Shown here piece after piece: positions 48,713 through 57,540 of a DNA stretch of 64,000 bases. Below the pieces are notes generated by a model. The model did no database searches, was not told the origin of the DNA, and saw nothing but the letters and a program-made list of their open reading frames with translations. Position numbers and translations under genes: made by a program. This DNA comes from Bacteroidota bacterium (GTDB lineage: Bacteria; Bacteroidota; Ignavibacteria; UBA10030), in NCBI GenBank assembly GCA_049523215.1, contig JBEKNC010000008.1:12689-76688 (forward strand), read 5' to 3'. How positions within the stretch are numbered: position 1 is the stretch's first letter; each line of letters begins with the position of its first letter.

Positions 48713-49381
48713 TTATTCTGCCTTCAAAAATTCTTTCTCAAAAGCATTCCATGTGCTTTCATTAAACTGCTCCAGCACTCCATTCAATGGTGCGCCTCCA
48801 TCCAGCATGGTAACGCCTGCGGTTGCCGGTACACCAATTTGTGCTTGCTCTTTTATGAAATCACGGAAGCGGCTGACTTCTTTTCTAAGCCATTTCGCCG
48901 CCTCATCCGCGATGGCAAGTAAACGTAATTCCGGTGAAATGTTTTTGGGAACGATCACGGCAACCCATCCAGCTACATATGGGTCTTGATGAAGCATTTG
49001 GGGAGAAGCAAGCAGTGATTCGTTTACAGTTAATACTGTACCGGATATCGGAGCGGGAATCGAGAGCACCCGATTGCCATGAGCCACAGTGAGAAGTGTG
49101 TCCCCCTTATTCAATTCCTTTTTGAGCGGTGCAACTTCGATTCTGTCAATTGATCCGATGACTTTTTGCGCAAAGTCATCGACACCAACACGTGCTTCAC
49201 CGGCGAATGTAAGCTCGACCCATGTGTGGGCTTTGCTGATAAAGAATCCTTTCGGTAAAAAAAATCGATCTGCCGGTATTTGAGCAGCTGATGGTGCTGC
49301 TTTCCGCTGCTTGGCTCGATCTCGGAGTAGTTCAATTCCAACGCAGAGAAGGATTGTGGCGACAACGAATAAAGCTACCAT
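48713..49381 (-). CDS. Membrane-anchored GcvH-like protein lacking the lipoyl-Lys
   Basis: N-terminal TM helix; HTWV....ARVGVDDFA, APISG.V..VN..L..SP.....DPY..GW; C-terminal GVTMLDGG. Confidence 0.85.
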   Translation of the reverse strand: MVALFVVATILLCVGIELLRDRAKQRKAAPSAAQIPADRFFLPKGFFISKAHTWVELTFAGEARVGVDDFAQKVIGSIDRIEVAPLKKELNKGDTLLTVAHGNRVLSIPAPISGTVLTVNESLLASPQMLHQDPYVAGWVAVIVPKNISPELRLLAIADEAAKWLRKEVSRFRDFIKEQAQIGVPATAGVTMLDGGAPLNGVLEQFNESTWNAFEKEFLKAE

Positions 49382-49480
49382 GATTGTTTCTCCTTAAAAA
49401 ATAAATTTAGATTCCTCAACTTGCTCTTTTGCATATATGCTCGTAGAATATTTCTTATCGAACTTTCCATTATTCATGCT

Positions 49481-49626
49481 CCAATATTTGTGCCAAAGGA
49501 AAAAAAGTTATTACTCTAAGAAAATCATTGATTTCTTACCAATTACGCTAAACAATCCAAATTTGACACTCAACGTCATTCTAATAAGTGGTGAGCATCT
49601 TTACACCGGGTGTTGAAATATTCAAT
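49481..49626 (-). promoter_or_regulatory. sigma54 promoter with IHF-like site and candidate upstream activator site
   Basis: TGGCAC-AAATA-TTGG (49481-49495); AATCAATGATTTT (49521-49533, near WATCAAN4TTR); GTTGA-N5-TCAAT (49612-49626). Confidence 0.65.
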
Positions 49627-49659
49627 TAAGGAATGACGCAGATTCATGGACTTGAATCT

Positions 49660-50940
49660 TTACTTAGAAATGGCCCGACCCATCACTTTCACTTTCAACA
49701 GATCACCGGTTTTAAAATATACCCAACCGACGATGAGCAGCGTCATTGTGCCGCCAAAGAGTACCGATGGTACTGTCCCGAATAATTTTGCTGCTGAACC
49801 TGATTCAAATGCACCAATCTCATTTGATGAGGCGAGGAAAATTCCATTCACGGCCATCACCCGTGCACGCATTTCATCGGGAGTCATCACCTGAAGAATG
49901 GTCGCTCGGATAACCACACTAATGCTATCGAATGCACCGCTCAGGAACAAAGCTGCCACTGAGACCAGCATCCAAGGCGAGACAGCAAAGATCAAAATAC
50001 ACACACCAAATCCTGCAACAGCAATAAGTAAATTCCTCCAGGCATGCTCCATGGGCGAGAAACGCGAAAGCAAAATGAGCATGAGCGTTGCACCAATAGA
50101 TGGAGCGGCGCGCAGTATTCCAAGTCCTTCTGCACCCACTTTTAAAATATCTTGGGCATAGATTGGCAGTATCGCCATCACGCCGCCAAAGAGAATGGAA
50201 AAAAGATCGAGCGAAATTGAATAGAGAATTATTTTTGTGTTGAAAACGAACCGTATGCCTTCCTTAATGCTTGCGACAACACTATCATGCTGAGCAATCT
50301 GGGCAATCGGACGATCTTTGATTTTAGAATAAAGCAGAAAAGATGAACCGACAAGCAGTGTTACAATCAGTAAAGTATTAGCAAAACCGATCCATGTATA
50401 TAGAAATCCGGCTGCAGCAGGACCAAGAATGGCGCCAACTTGCCATGAAGAACTTCCCCATGTTGCAGCATTTTCGAACAATGCAGGTGGAACAAGAATC
50501 CCGCGCAACGACATTGCTGTCGGCGATTGAAATGCACGGCATAATCCAATGACAAATATTGCCCCATAGATTGCAATCAACAATACCGACTGGTGAATCT
50601 GATCCTGCTGTCGAGTAAACAATTGAAGCATCACAGAACTGAGAACGATTCCACCGACACTCCACATCAACACCTTCCGCTTGCTGCTACGATCCGCAAC
50701 ATGGCCTCCATAGAGCGTAAATGAAATGAATGGTATTGCCTCGACAAGTCCGATGAGTCCCAGCGCCAACGGATCGCGAGTAATGCGGTACAGTTCATAG
50801 CCAATGGCAACTTCTTGAATCATCAATGCCATTGTCAATAAAAATGAAGCGGCTATGAGATAACGGAATTCGGGGAATCGAAAAGAAGCATATGGATCAA
50901 TGTTTATGCGGGTATTCTGTTCTGGAATCGGTTTCTTCAT
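49660..50940 (-). CDS. MFS transporter (EntS/MFS_3-like exporter)
   Basis: 12 TM segments; GHVADRSSKR, LDLFSILFGG..A.LP and SNEIGAFESG motifs. Confidence 0.85.
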   Translation of the reverse strand: MKKPIPEQNTRINIDPYASFRFPEFRYLIAASFLLTMALMIQEVAIGYELYRITRDPLALGLIGLVEAIPFISFTLYGGHVADRSSKRKVLMWSVGGIVLSSVMLQLFTRQQDQIHQSVLLIAIYGAIFVIGLCRAFQSPTAMSLRGILVPPALFENAATWGSSSWQVGAILGPAAAGFLYTWIGFANTLLIVTLLVGSSFLLYSKIKDRPIAQIAQHDSVVASIKEGIRFVFNTKIILYSISLDLFSILFGGVMAILPIYAQDILKVGAEGLGILRAAPSIGATLMLILLSRFSPMEHAWRNLLIAVAGFGVCILIFAVSPWMLVSVAALFLSGAFDSISVVIRATILQVMTPDEMRARVMAVNGIFLASSNEIGAFESGSAAKLFGTVPSVLFGGTMTLLIVGWVYFKTGDLLKVKVMGRAISK

Positions 50941-51172
50941 ATATCGTTAAAGCTCTATGCTCCGCAGCAAATGAATACATGAATATACGCTTCGTTCCCC
51001 AACACGACAACACAAGAGAAAGATGCTGTCCTCCGATCTTATTGCCTTTGATAATCTCGAATCCTTAGTGGAATTCTTTCCCCTTTTGTGGAGTTAAAAA
51101 AGTATATACAATTCAGTAGGCAGGGCTATTATAGAGCAAATGTAATTCATATTGTTATTTTTGATTTGAATT

Positions 51173-52111
51173 TTATAAAGTTATCCTCGTTCCCGCTTTG
51201 CCTTCCAACGCACCAAGGAGATGTTCGGGATCGGTAATGGTCACACGCTGCCCGCCTGCCGAAAGAAAATCAAGCGCAGCTTCAATCTTTGGCTTCATAC
51301 TGCCTTCACTAAATTGTCTATCAGCAAGATGCCTTTTTGCTTCTGCGACTGTGCTGATTCGAAGTGCCAGCTGATTAAATTTTTTAAAATTGATATAGAC
51401 CTCGGGCACTTCTGTCGAGATGACAAGATGCTCGATGCCCAATTTTGACGCGAGCAATGCAGACGCACGATCTTTGTCAATCACCGCTTCAATGCCTTTG
51501 ACTTCACCATTTTCAAGTATCACGGGAATTCCGCCGCCGCCTACAGCTATTACGACATTATTATGTTCCAGACAATCCTTTATCACTTCCAGTTCAATGA
51601 TATCTTTTGGTAGAGGAGAAGCAACAACACGGCGATAACCACGAGCAGCATCTTCAACGATACTCCAACTCAATACCCTTCTCTTTTGTTCTGCAACTTC
51701 TTTGGAATAAAACGGACCAATCGGTTTTGTCGGACGTTGAAATGCAGGATCGTTTTTATCTACAACAACTTGTGTGACAACAGTAACAACAGAACGTTTG
51801 ATTCCTTGTTTGCGGAATGCCGTTTGCATGGAATTTTGCAGCATAAAACCGATTTCACCTTGCGTCATGGCGACACACACATCAAGTGGAAGCGTGTACG
51901 TCTGCGATGAGCCGGCCTCTGAACGCAGCAATTGTGCACCGACCTGCGGACCATTGCCATGTGAAACGATCAGCGCATAGCCCCGCGCAACAATTCCTGC
52001 AAGACTTTCGGCGGTGAGTCTAGCGTTTACGAGCTGTTCGGCGATTGTTCCGCGCTGTCCGGCTCGGATGAGCGAGTTTCCGCCGACTGCGACGAGTATG
52101 GAGTTTTTCAC
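51173..52111 (-). CDS. arcC: Carbamate kinase
   Basis: VGGNSL, SHGNGPQVG, PTKPIGPFY, RRVVASP, GGGGIPV, AVIDKD and GSMKPK motifs. Confidence 0.95.
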   Translation of the reverse strand: MKNSILVAVGGNSLIRAGQRGTIAEQLVNARLTAESLAGIVARGYALIVSHGNGPQVGAQLLRSEAGSSQTYTLPLDVCVAMTQGEIGFMLQNSMQTAFRKQGIKRSVVTVVTQVVVDKNDPAFQRPTKPIGPFYSKEVAEQKRRVLSWSIVEDAARGYRRVVASPLPKDIIELEVIKDCLEHNNVVIAVGGGGIPVILENGEVKGIEAVIDKDRASALLASKLGIEHLVISTEVPEVYINFKKFNQLALRISTVAEAKRHLADRQFSEGSMKPKIEAALDFLSAGGQRVTITDPEHLLGALEGKAGTRITL

Positions 52112-53033
52112 GTCCTTTATCTTTCAACAGCGTATACAGAATTGCTTTCTGTGTGTGAAGCCGGTTTTCTGCTTCATCAAATACTACGGACTGAGGTGAA
52201 TCCATCACTTCATCTGTTACTTCCTCTCCGCGGTGTGCCGGCAGGCAGTGCATAAAGATGGCTGTGGGTTTTGCCTGTTTCATTAACTCGGCATCAATTT
52301 GAAATCCTGCAAACGCCTTCATCTTCGTATCGAAATCTGCCTCTTGTCCCATACTGACCCATACGTCTGTGTAAATAACATCAGCGTCATGTACACCTTC
52401 TGATGGATTGCACGAGAGTTCGATCTTTGCTCCTGTGGTTCCCGCAATTTCCATTGCTCGATCTACAACGGTGTAATGAGGCTGTAAACCTGCAGGAGTA
52501 ATCGCAATAAAGTCCATTCCTACTTTTGCTGCCATGAGCATAAGCGAGTGACAGACGTTATTACCATCACCAATCCACGCGAGTTTCTTTCCCTTAAAAG
52601 AGCCGAGGTGTTCATGAATGGTAAGAAAATCACCAACTGCTTGACACGGATGTTCGAAGTCTGTCAGAGCATTGATAACGCTCACCTTTGCGAACTTTGC
52701 AAGATCGTCGATATTCTTCTGCGCAAACGTTCGGATGACAACTGCATCAACCCATCGTTCGAGGTTTTTCGCTATATCATAGATGGATTCGCGTTTGCCC
52801 AGACTAATATCGGCATTGGTCAGATACACTGTGTTGGCACCCAGCTGTTTCATGCCGATCTCAAATGTCACATGCGTGCGCAGTGATTGCTTTTCAAAAA
52901 TCAACGCTACCGATTTACCTTCTAAAGATTTGGCAAACTTCTTTGGATGTGCTTTCATTTTTTTTGAAAGGTCGAGGATTTGCATCAATTCCTTCGTTGA
53001 CCAGTCTGCAATACCGAGGAAATCTCGTTTCAT
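52020..53033 (-). CDS. arcB: Ornithine carbamoyltransferase (ArcB/ArgF) with a basic C-terminal read-through tail
   Basis: FEKQSLRT, HPCQ, GDGNNV, YTDVWVSMG, HCLP and AENRLH motifs; operonic with carbamate kinase. Confidence 0.88.
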   Translation of the reverse strand: MKRDFLGIADWSTKELMQILDLSKKMKAHPKKFAKSLEGKSVALIFEKQSLRTHVTFEIGMKQLGANTVYLTNADISLGKRESIYDIAKNLERWVDAVVIRTFAQKNIDDLAKFAKVSVINALTDFEHPCQAVGDFLTIHEHLGSFKGKKLAWIGDGNNVCHSLMLMAAKVGMDFIAITPAGLQPHYTVVDRAMEIAGTTGAKIELSCNPSEGVHDADVIYTDVWVSMGQEADFDTKMKAFAGFQIDAELMKQAKPTAIFMHCLPAHRGEEVTDEVMDSPQSVVFDEAENRLHTQKAILYTLLKDKGREKLHTRRSRRKLAHPSRTARNNRRTARKR

Positions 53034-53084
53034 GGTTTATTCTCCTTGGGAGGGACACAACATGTTGTGTTCCTCCATATGATG

Positions 53085-54416
53085 TTATTTCAATCCATGT
53101 TTTTTCATGAAGGTGTTCAGGATTTCATTCAAGTCCGGTTTTGTGATTTCGTTTAATTCATAGCGGACGCGTGTACTTGGTTTGTTGATCTTAATAATAC
53201 GGCGTAGGTCGATCGGTGTGCCGATGATGACTGAGTCGCAATCGACTGTATTGATTGTCGTCTCGAGATCCGTAATCTGTTTTCCACCATATCCCATTGC
53301 CGGCAACAATGTTCCAATATGCGGATATTTCCTGAATGTTTCTGCAATAGAATTAACGACCCAAGGTCTCGGGTCGACGATTTCCTTTGCACCATATTTT
53401 CGAGCAGCAACCACACCGGCGCCATACATCATCTCACCATGCGTCAATGTGGGTCCATCTTCCACCACGAGCACGCGCTTGTTGCGGATAACAGTCTCAT
53501 CTTCTACTGTAATGGGCGATGCCGCTTCAATGATGATTGCTTTCGGATTGATGCTGACGATATTTTTCCGAACAATATCGATATTTTCGCGCGAGGCTGT
53601 ATCTATTTTATTAATGACAACCACATCGGCTAGATAAATATTGACTGCACCGGGATAGTACGATATCTCATGTCCCGGACGATGCGGATCTGCTACCACG
53701 ATGGTGAGATCAGGTTGATAGAATGACATGTCATTGTTCCCGCCGTCCCACACGATCACGTCGGCTTCCTTCTCTGCCGCATGAAGGATCGCTTCATAAT
53801 CGACCCCGGCGTAGATGATCGTTCCGTTAACGATGTGCGGCTCATATTCTTCCATCTCTTCAACAGTACATTCATGCTTTTGCAGGTCTTCAAGAGAAGA
53901 ATACCGTTGAACTTTTTGCTTTACCAGATCGCCGTACGGCATTGGATGACGGATCGCAACAACTTTTTTTCCGGCTGCACGGAGTAATTGACACACCTTG
54001 CGCGAAGTCTGGCTCTTGCCGGATCCCGTACGCACTGCGACCACAGCGATGACCGGTACTGTGCTCTTGAGCATCGTTGGATGCGCGCCCTGCAATTTAA
54101 AATCAGCGCCACAGGCCATTACGAGTGCTGCTTTGCTCATCACGTAGTTGAACGAAACATCTGAGTACGCGAAGACAACCTCATCTGCACTCAGTTCTTT
54201 GATAAGGCGCGGCAGTTCCGATTCTGGAAAGATGGGAATACCGTTTGGATAGAGCTTTCCTGCCAGCTCAGCAGGATACTTACGCTCTTCAATGTTTGGA
54301 ATTTGTGTTGCGGTAAACGCGACGACTTCGTAGCGGTCGTCCGTGCGGAAAACGGTATTGAAATTGTGGAAATCCCGTCCCGCTGCGCCCATGATGATCA
54401 CTTTGGTGTGTCTCAC
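53085..54416 (-). CDS. arcE: P-loop NTPase of the cDPG-synthetase/COG2403 family; probable arginine synthetase
   Basis: IMGAAGRDFHNFN, P-loop RTGSGKSQT, RHPMPYG, EEMEEYEPH, WDGGNND and EDGPTLTHG motifs; GTG 54416 with AGGAG; directly upstream of OTCase and carbamate kinase. Confidence 0.75.
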   Translation of the reverse strand: MRHTKVIIMGAAGRDFHNFNTVFRTDDRYEVVAFTATQIPNIEERKYPAELAGKLYPNGIPIFPESELPRLIKELSADEVVFAYSDVSFNYVMSKAALVMACGADFKLQGAHPTMLKSTVPVIAVVAVRTGSGKSQTSRKVCQLLRAAGKKVVAIRHPMPYGDLVKQKVQRYSSLEDLQKHECTVEEMEEYEPHIVNGTIIYAGVDYEAILHAAEKEADVIVWDGGNNDMSFYQPDLTIVVADPHRPGHEISYYPGAVNIYLADVVVINKIDTASRENIDIVRKNIVSINPKAIIIEAASPITVEDETVIRNKRVLVVEDGPTLTHGEMMYGAGVVAARKYGAKEIVDPRPWVVNSIAETFRKYPHIGTLLPAMGYGGKQITDLETTINTVDCDSVIIGTPIDLRRIIKINKPSTRVRYELNEITKPDLNEILNTFMKKHGLK

Positions 54417-54628
54417 AGGAACTCCTAATATTTTATGTGAATACTGCCGCCGTTCATGTCCGTGTGAGCAGCTGGGCAATTCTCAAAGCACGGAGCTTTT
54501 AACAACATCTGTAAAGTTTCGTGGGGCTAATATCGGAAAGGTTTCCGAGGGAATCAATAAATTGACAAGTTGTAAATGGTTCGGATGTTCATTTTTAGAC
54601 TCAATGGCTTAACTTCTCATCACTTTTC

Positions 54629-54657
54629 TTGCATCTCCCACCACCTCTGTGTATATT
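54629..54657 (+). promoter_or_regulatory. Putative sigma70-type promoter
   Basis: TTGCAT-N17-TATATT about 40 nt before the GT9 start. Confidence 0.5.
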
Positions 54658-54697
54658 GAGCCACGATTTGACAATAAATGGAGCGGAATAATATCGC

Positions 54698-55708
54698 TTG
54701 CAAAACATCTTAGTCGTTCGGACAGACCGTATTGGAGATGTAATTCTCACACTTCCGACCGTCGAAGCGCTTAAATCAAACTTCCCGAACGCACGGGTGA
54801 CGATGTTGGTAAGCAGCTATACCAGCACTTTGGTTGAGGGTATCGCAGGTACTCTTCTCTATAGTAGAGACGGAAAGGCAAGACCGTTCTTTGAGATGCT
54901 GAGGGAAATTCGAAATTCTCATTTCGATGTAGTATTGGTAGCATTTCCATTCTTCCGTATAGCTTTAGTATTGTGGCTTGCGAGAATTCCGGTACGTGTT
55001 GGAACTGGTTATCGATGGTACTCGTTCCTTTTCAACAAAAAAATCTACGAACATCGCAAGACTGCAGAGAAGCACGAAGCGGAATACAATCTCTCGCTCT
55101 TGAAAGGTTTGGGACACACGGTATCATCGAAGCCCGAAGCAAAGATTATTATCTCCCAACAGGAGAAAAAAACAGCTTCTGATGTTCGTCAATCGCTAGG
55201 AATTTCGGACACCGACCGTTTAGTATTGTTGCATCCGGGAAGCGGTAGCTCGGCACGAGATTGGAAACCGGAACGCTTTGCTCAACTCGCTGTTGAATTG
55301 ACAAAGATCGGTTATCAGGTTGTGATTACGGGTGGGAAGACAGAAGAAGCGCTTGTCAATCATGTTGCACATGAAGCAAAGAATGGTGTGAAACCTTTTA
55401 TCAGTACTCTGAACTTGAAAGAGTTTGCAGCGTTCATCCAGACAGCGAAATTATTTGTTGCGAATTCCACCGGTCCATTGCATATTGCTGCTGCAGTCGG
55501 AACTCCGGTAATCGGATTCTATCCACCTGTGCGTGTGATGAGTCCAAAACGCTGGGGACCATTGACCGACAAAAAGGCGATCTTTATTCCCGATCCGGTA
55601 CGTTGTCCGCGCTGCAAAGGCGGTGAATGCCAAGGGAATGATTGTATGGATCAAATTTCAGTACACCAAGTTTTAGATGCTGCGGCGAAGTTGATACTTG
55701 GCAATTAG
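54698..55708 (+). CDS. Glycosyltransferase family 9 (LPS heptosyltransferase-like)
   Basis: RTDRIGDVIL, HPGS....W, NSTGPLHIAAAVGTP and RWGP motifs. Confidence 0.9.
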   Translation: MQNILVVRTDRIGDVILTLPTVEALKSNFPNARVTMLVSSYTSTLVEGIAGTLLYSRDGKARPFFEMLREIRNSHFDVVLVAFPFFRIALVLWLARIPVRVGTGYRWYSFLFNKKIYEHRKTAEKHEAEYNLSLLKGLGHTVSSKPEAKIIISQQEKKTASDVRQSLGISDTDRLVLLHPGSGSSARDWKPERFAQLAVELTKIGYQVVITGGKTEEALVNHVAHEAKNGVKPFISTLNLKEFAAFIQTAKLFVANSTGPLHIAAAVGTPVIGFYPPVRVMSPKRWGPLTDKKAIFIPDPVRCPRCKGGECQGNDCMDQISVHQVLDAAAKLILGN

Positions 55709-55759
55709 ACAATGGTGAGTTGTTGTGATTTACGATTTTTTTAGATTGGAGCATTGTGA

Positions 55760-56569
55760 ATGAAAAAAATTTTCTTTGTGTGTATGATCTCCTTTCTTAC
55801 TGCTGCCATCTCCCAAATTCAGGCACAAGATACGCTTGCTGCAAAATCTGACGACGACCTTCGGAATCTCAATCAATCTGCTTTTTCTGTTGGCGAACGA
55901 TTGGTCTACGATGTCGGATACAGTTTTATCACAGCCGGAGAAGCAGTGTTCTCGATTCCTGCGATCGAGACAATTCATGGAAAGGAATGTTATCAAGTAC
56001 TCTTCACAGTTGTTTCCACGCCAACCTTTTCCTTCTTTTATAAAGTGGATGATCGTTACGAAACAATGCTTGATAAGAAAGGGATCTTTCCATGGCGATT
56101 TACACAGCGTGTGCGTGAAGGAAAATATAAATATGATTTTTCCGCAGAATTCGATCAACTGAACAATGTCGCCATAGCAAAGGATAAGCGCTATTCGATT
56201 CCCCCGTATGTCCACGATGCTGTGTCAGCAATGTATTATGTACGCACATTGGATTTTTCTAAATCGCGCCCGGGCGAGAAATTATACTTACAGAATTTCT
56301 ATAAAGACTCGACATACCAGCTTGCGGTAAAGTTTCTTGGGTACCAGCAAATTGAAGTGGAAGCAGGAACATTCAATTGTGTATTAGTAGAGCCACTTAT
56401 GAAAGAAGGCGGATTGTTCAAGAATGACGGCCGCATCGTTATCTGGTTGACGAACGATGAACGAAAGATACCGGTGAAAGTAAGCACAAAAGTCGTTGTT
56501 GGATCGATAGATTCCGAGCTTCGTGAATACTCCGGTATCAATGGACCGATTAAAGCAAAAGTGGAGTAG
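55760..56569 (+). CDS. DUF3108-domain exported protein
   Basis: Signal peptide; FSVGERLVY, FYKVDDRYET, AGTFNC and IWLTNDERKIPVK motifs. Confidence 0.75.
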   Translation: MKKIFFVCMISFLTAAISQIQAQDTLAAKSDDDLRNLNQSAFSVGERLVYDVGYSFITAGEAVFSIPAIETIHGKECYQVLFTVVSTPTFSFFYKVDDRYETMLDKKGIFPWRFTQRVREGKYKYDFSAEFDQLNNVAIAKDKRYSIPPYVHDAVSAMYYVRTLDFSKSRPGEKLYLQNFYKDSTYQLAVKFLGYQQIEVEAGTFNCVLVEPLMKEGGLFKNDGRIVIWLTNDERKIPVKVSTKVVVGSIDSELREYSGINGPIKAKVE

Positions 56570-56580
56570 CCAATTCTCAA

Positions 56581-57540
56581 ATGACAAAATTCAAGCAAAT
56601 AGACCTCAGCGGCGTCAAGACTATTTCTATCAAAGGCCGCAAGAGCAAAGTGACGCCGAACGATTTTGCAATACCGCTCGATGCAAAGAAAGCGAGCTTC
56701 AAGGATTTTGCCGATTCATTGCCGCGCATTCTCATCGGTAACGAATTACGCAATCTCGTGAACGACATCGTCCGCGCTCGCACGAAGACGAAACCTGTCA
56801 TTCTCATGATGGGAGCACACGTCATCAAAGTCGGACTTTCACCGCTCATTGTTGATTTACTCAAACGCGGTGTCATCACGCATGTGGCAATGAACAGTGC
56901 AGCTTCCATCCACGATGTCGAAACGGCGATGTGGGGACATACTTCAGAAGATGTAGCGCTCAATCTGATGGATGGAACATTTGGCATGTCGAAAGAAACA
57001 GGTGACTTTATCAACATCGCACTTGTGAAAGGAATGAATGAATCGACAGCCGGGTACGGCGAAACACTTGCAAAAAAAATTATTGCGATGAAAGGACGAA
57101 ACCGCAGCGTCAGCATTCTTGCAAATTGTTACAAGCTTGATGTTCCGGTTACAGTGCATGCGGCAATTGGTACGGACATCGTTCACCAACAGGCAACGAT
57201 GGATGGCGCGGCAACCGGTGAATTGAGTTTTCGGGATTTCAAAGTGTTCGTGAATTCCGTCAAGGATCTCATCAACGGCGGTGTGGTATTAAACTTCGGT
57301 TCTGCAGTGATCATGCCGGAAGTTTTTCTGAAAGCGCTCACTGTTGCCCGTAATCTTGGCTATAAAGCGAAAGGATTTTCCACTGCCAACTTTGATATGA
57401 TCCGACAGTATCGTCCGCAGATGAATGTTGTTGAACGACCGACACAAAAACACGGACGAGGTTACAATTTTACGGGACATCACGAACTTATGTTCCCATT
57501 GCTTGCCGCAATGATCAAATCTCAGCTTCCTACCAAATGA
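56581..57540 (+). CDS. Deoxyhypusine-synthase-like NAD-binding-fold protein of unknown function
   Basis: MMGAHVIKVG, VTVHAAIGTDI, GSAVIMPEVFLKA and GHHELMFP motifs. Confidence 0.6.
   Translation: MTKFKQIDLSGVKTISIKGRKSKVTPNDFAIPLDAKKASFKDFADSLPRILIGNELRNLVNDIVRARTKTKPVILMMGAHVIKVGLSPLIVDLLKRGVITHVAMNSAASIHDVETAMWGHTSEDVALNLMDGTFGMSKETGDFINIALVKGMNESTAGYGETLAKKIIAMKGRNRSVSILANCYKLDVPVTVHAAIGTDIVHQQATMDGAATGELSFRDFKVFVNSVKDLINGGVVLNFGSAVIMPEVFLKALTVARNLGYKAKGFSTANFDMIRQYRPQMNVVERPTQKHGRGYNFTGHHELMFPLLAAMIKSQLPTK

Noticed and set aside
45796-49381. Glycine cleavage system or NiFe hydrogenase-2 operon
   Set aside because: No gcvT/gcvP/lpd, no lipoyl-Lys, and no hydrogenase small/large subunit or maturation genes in the cluster.
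52020-53033. N-succinyl/acetyl-ornithine transcarbamylase suggested by the SLRT motif
   Set aside because: HPCQ, SMG and HCLP motifs of canonical OTCase are retained, and the arcC context fits ornithine.
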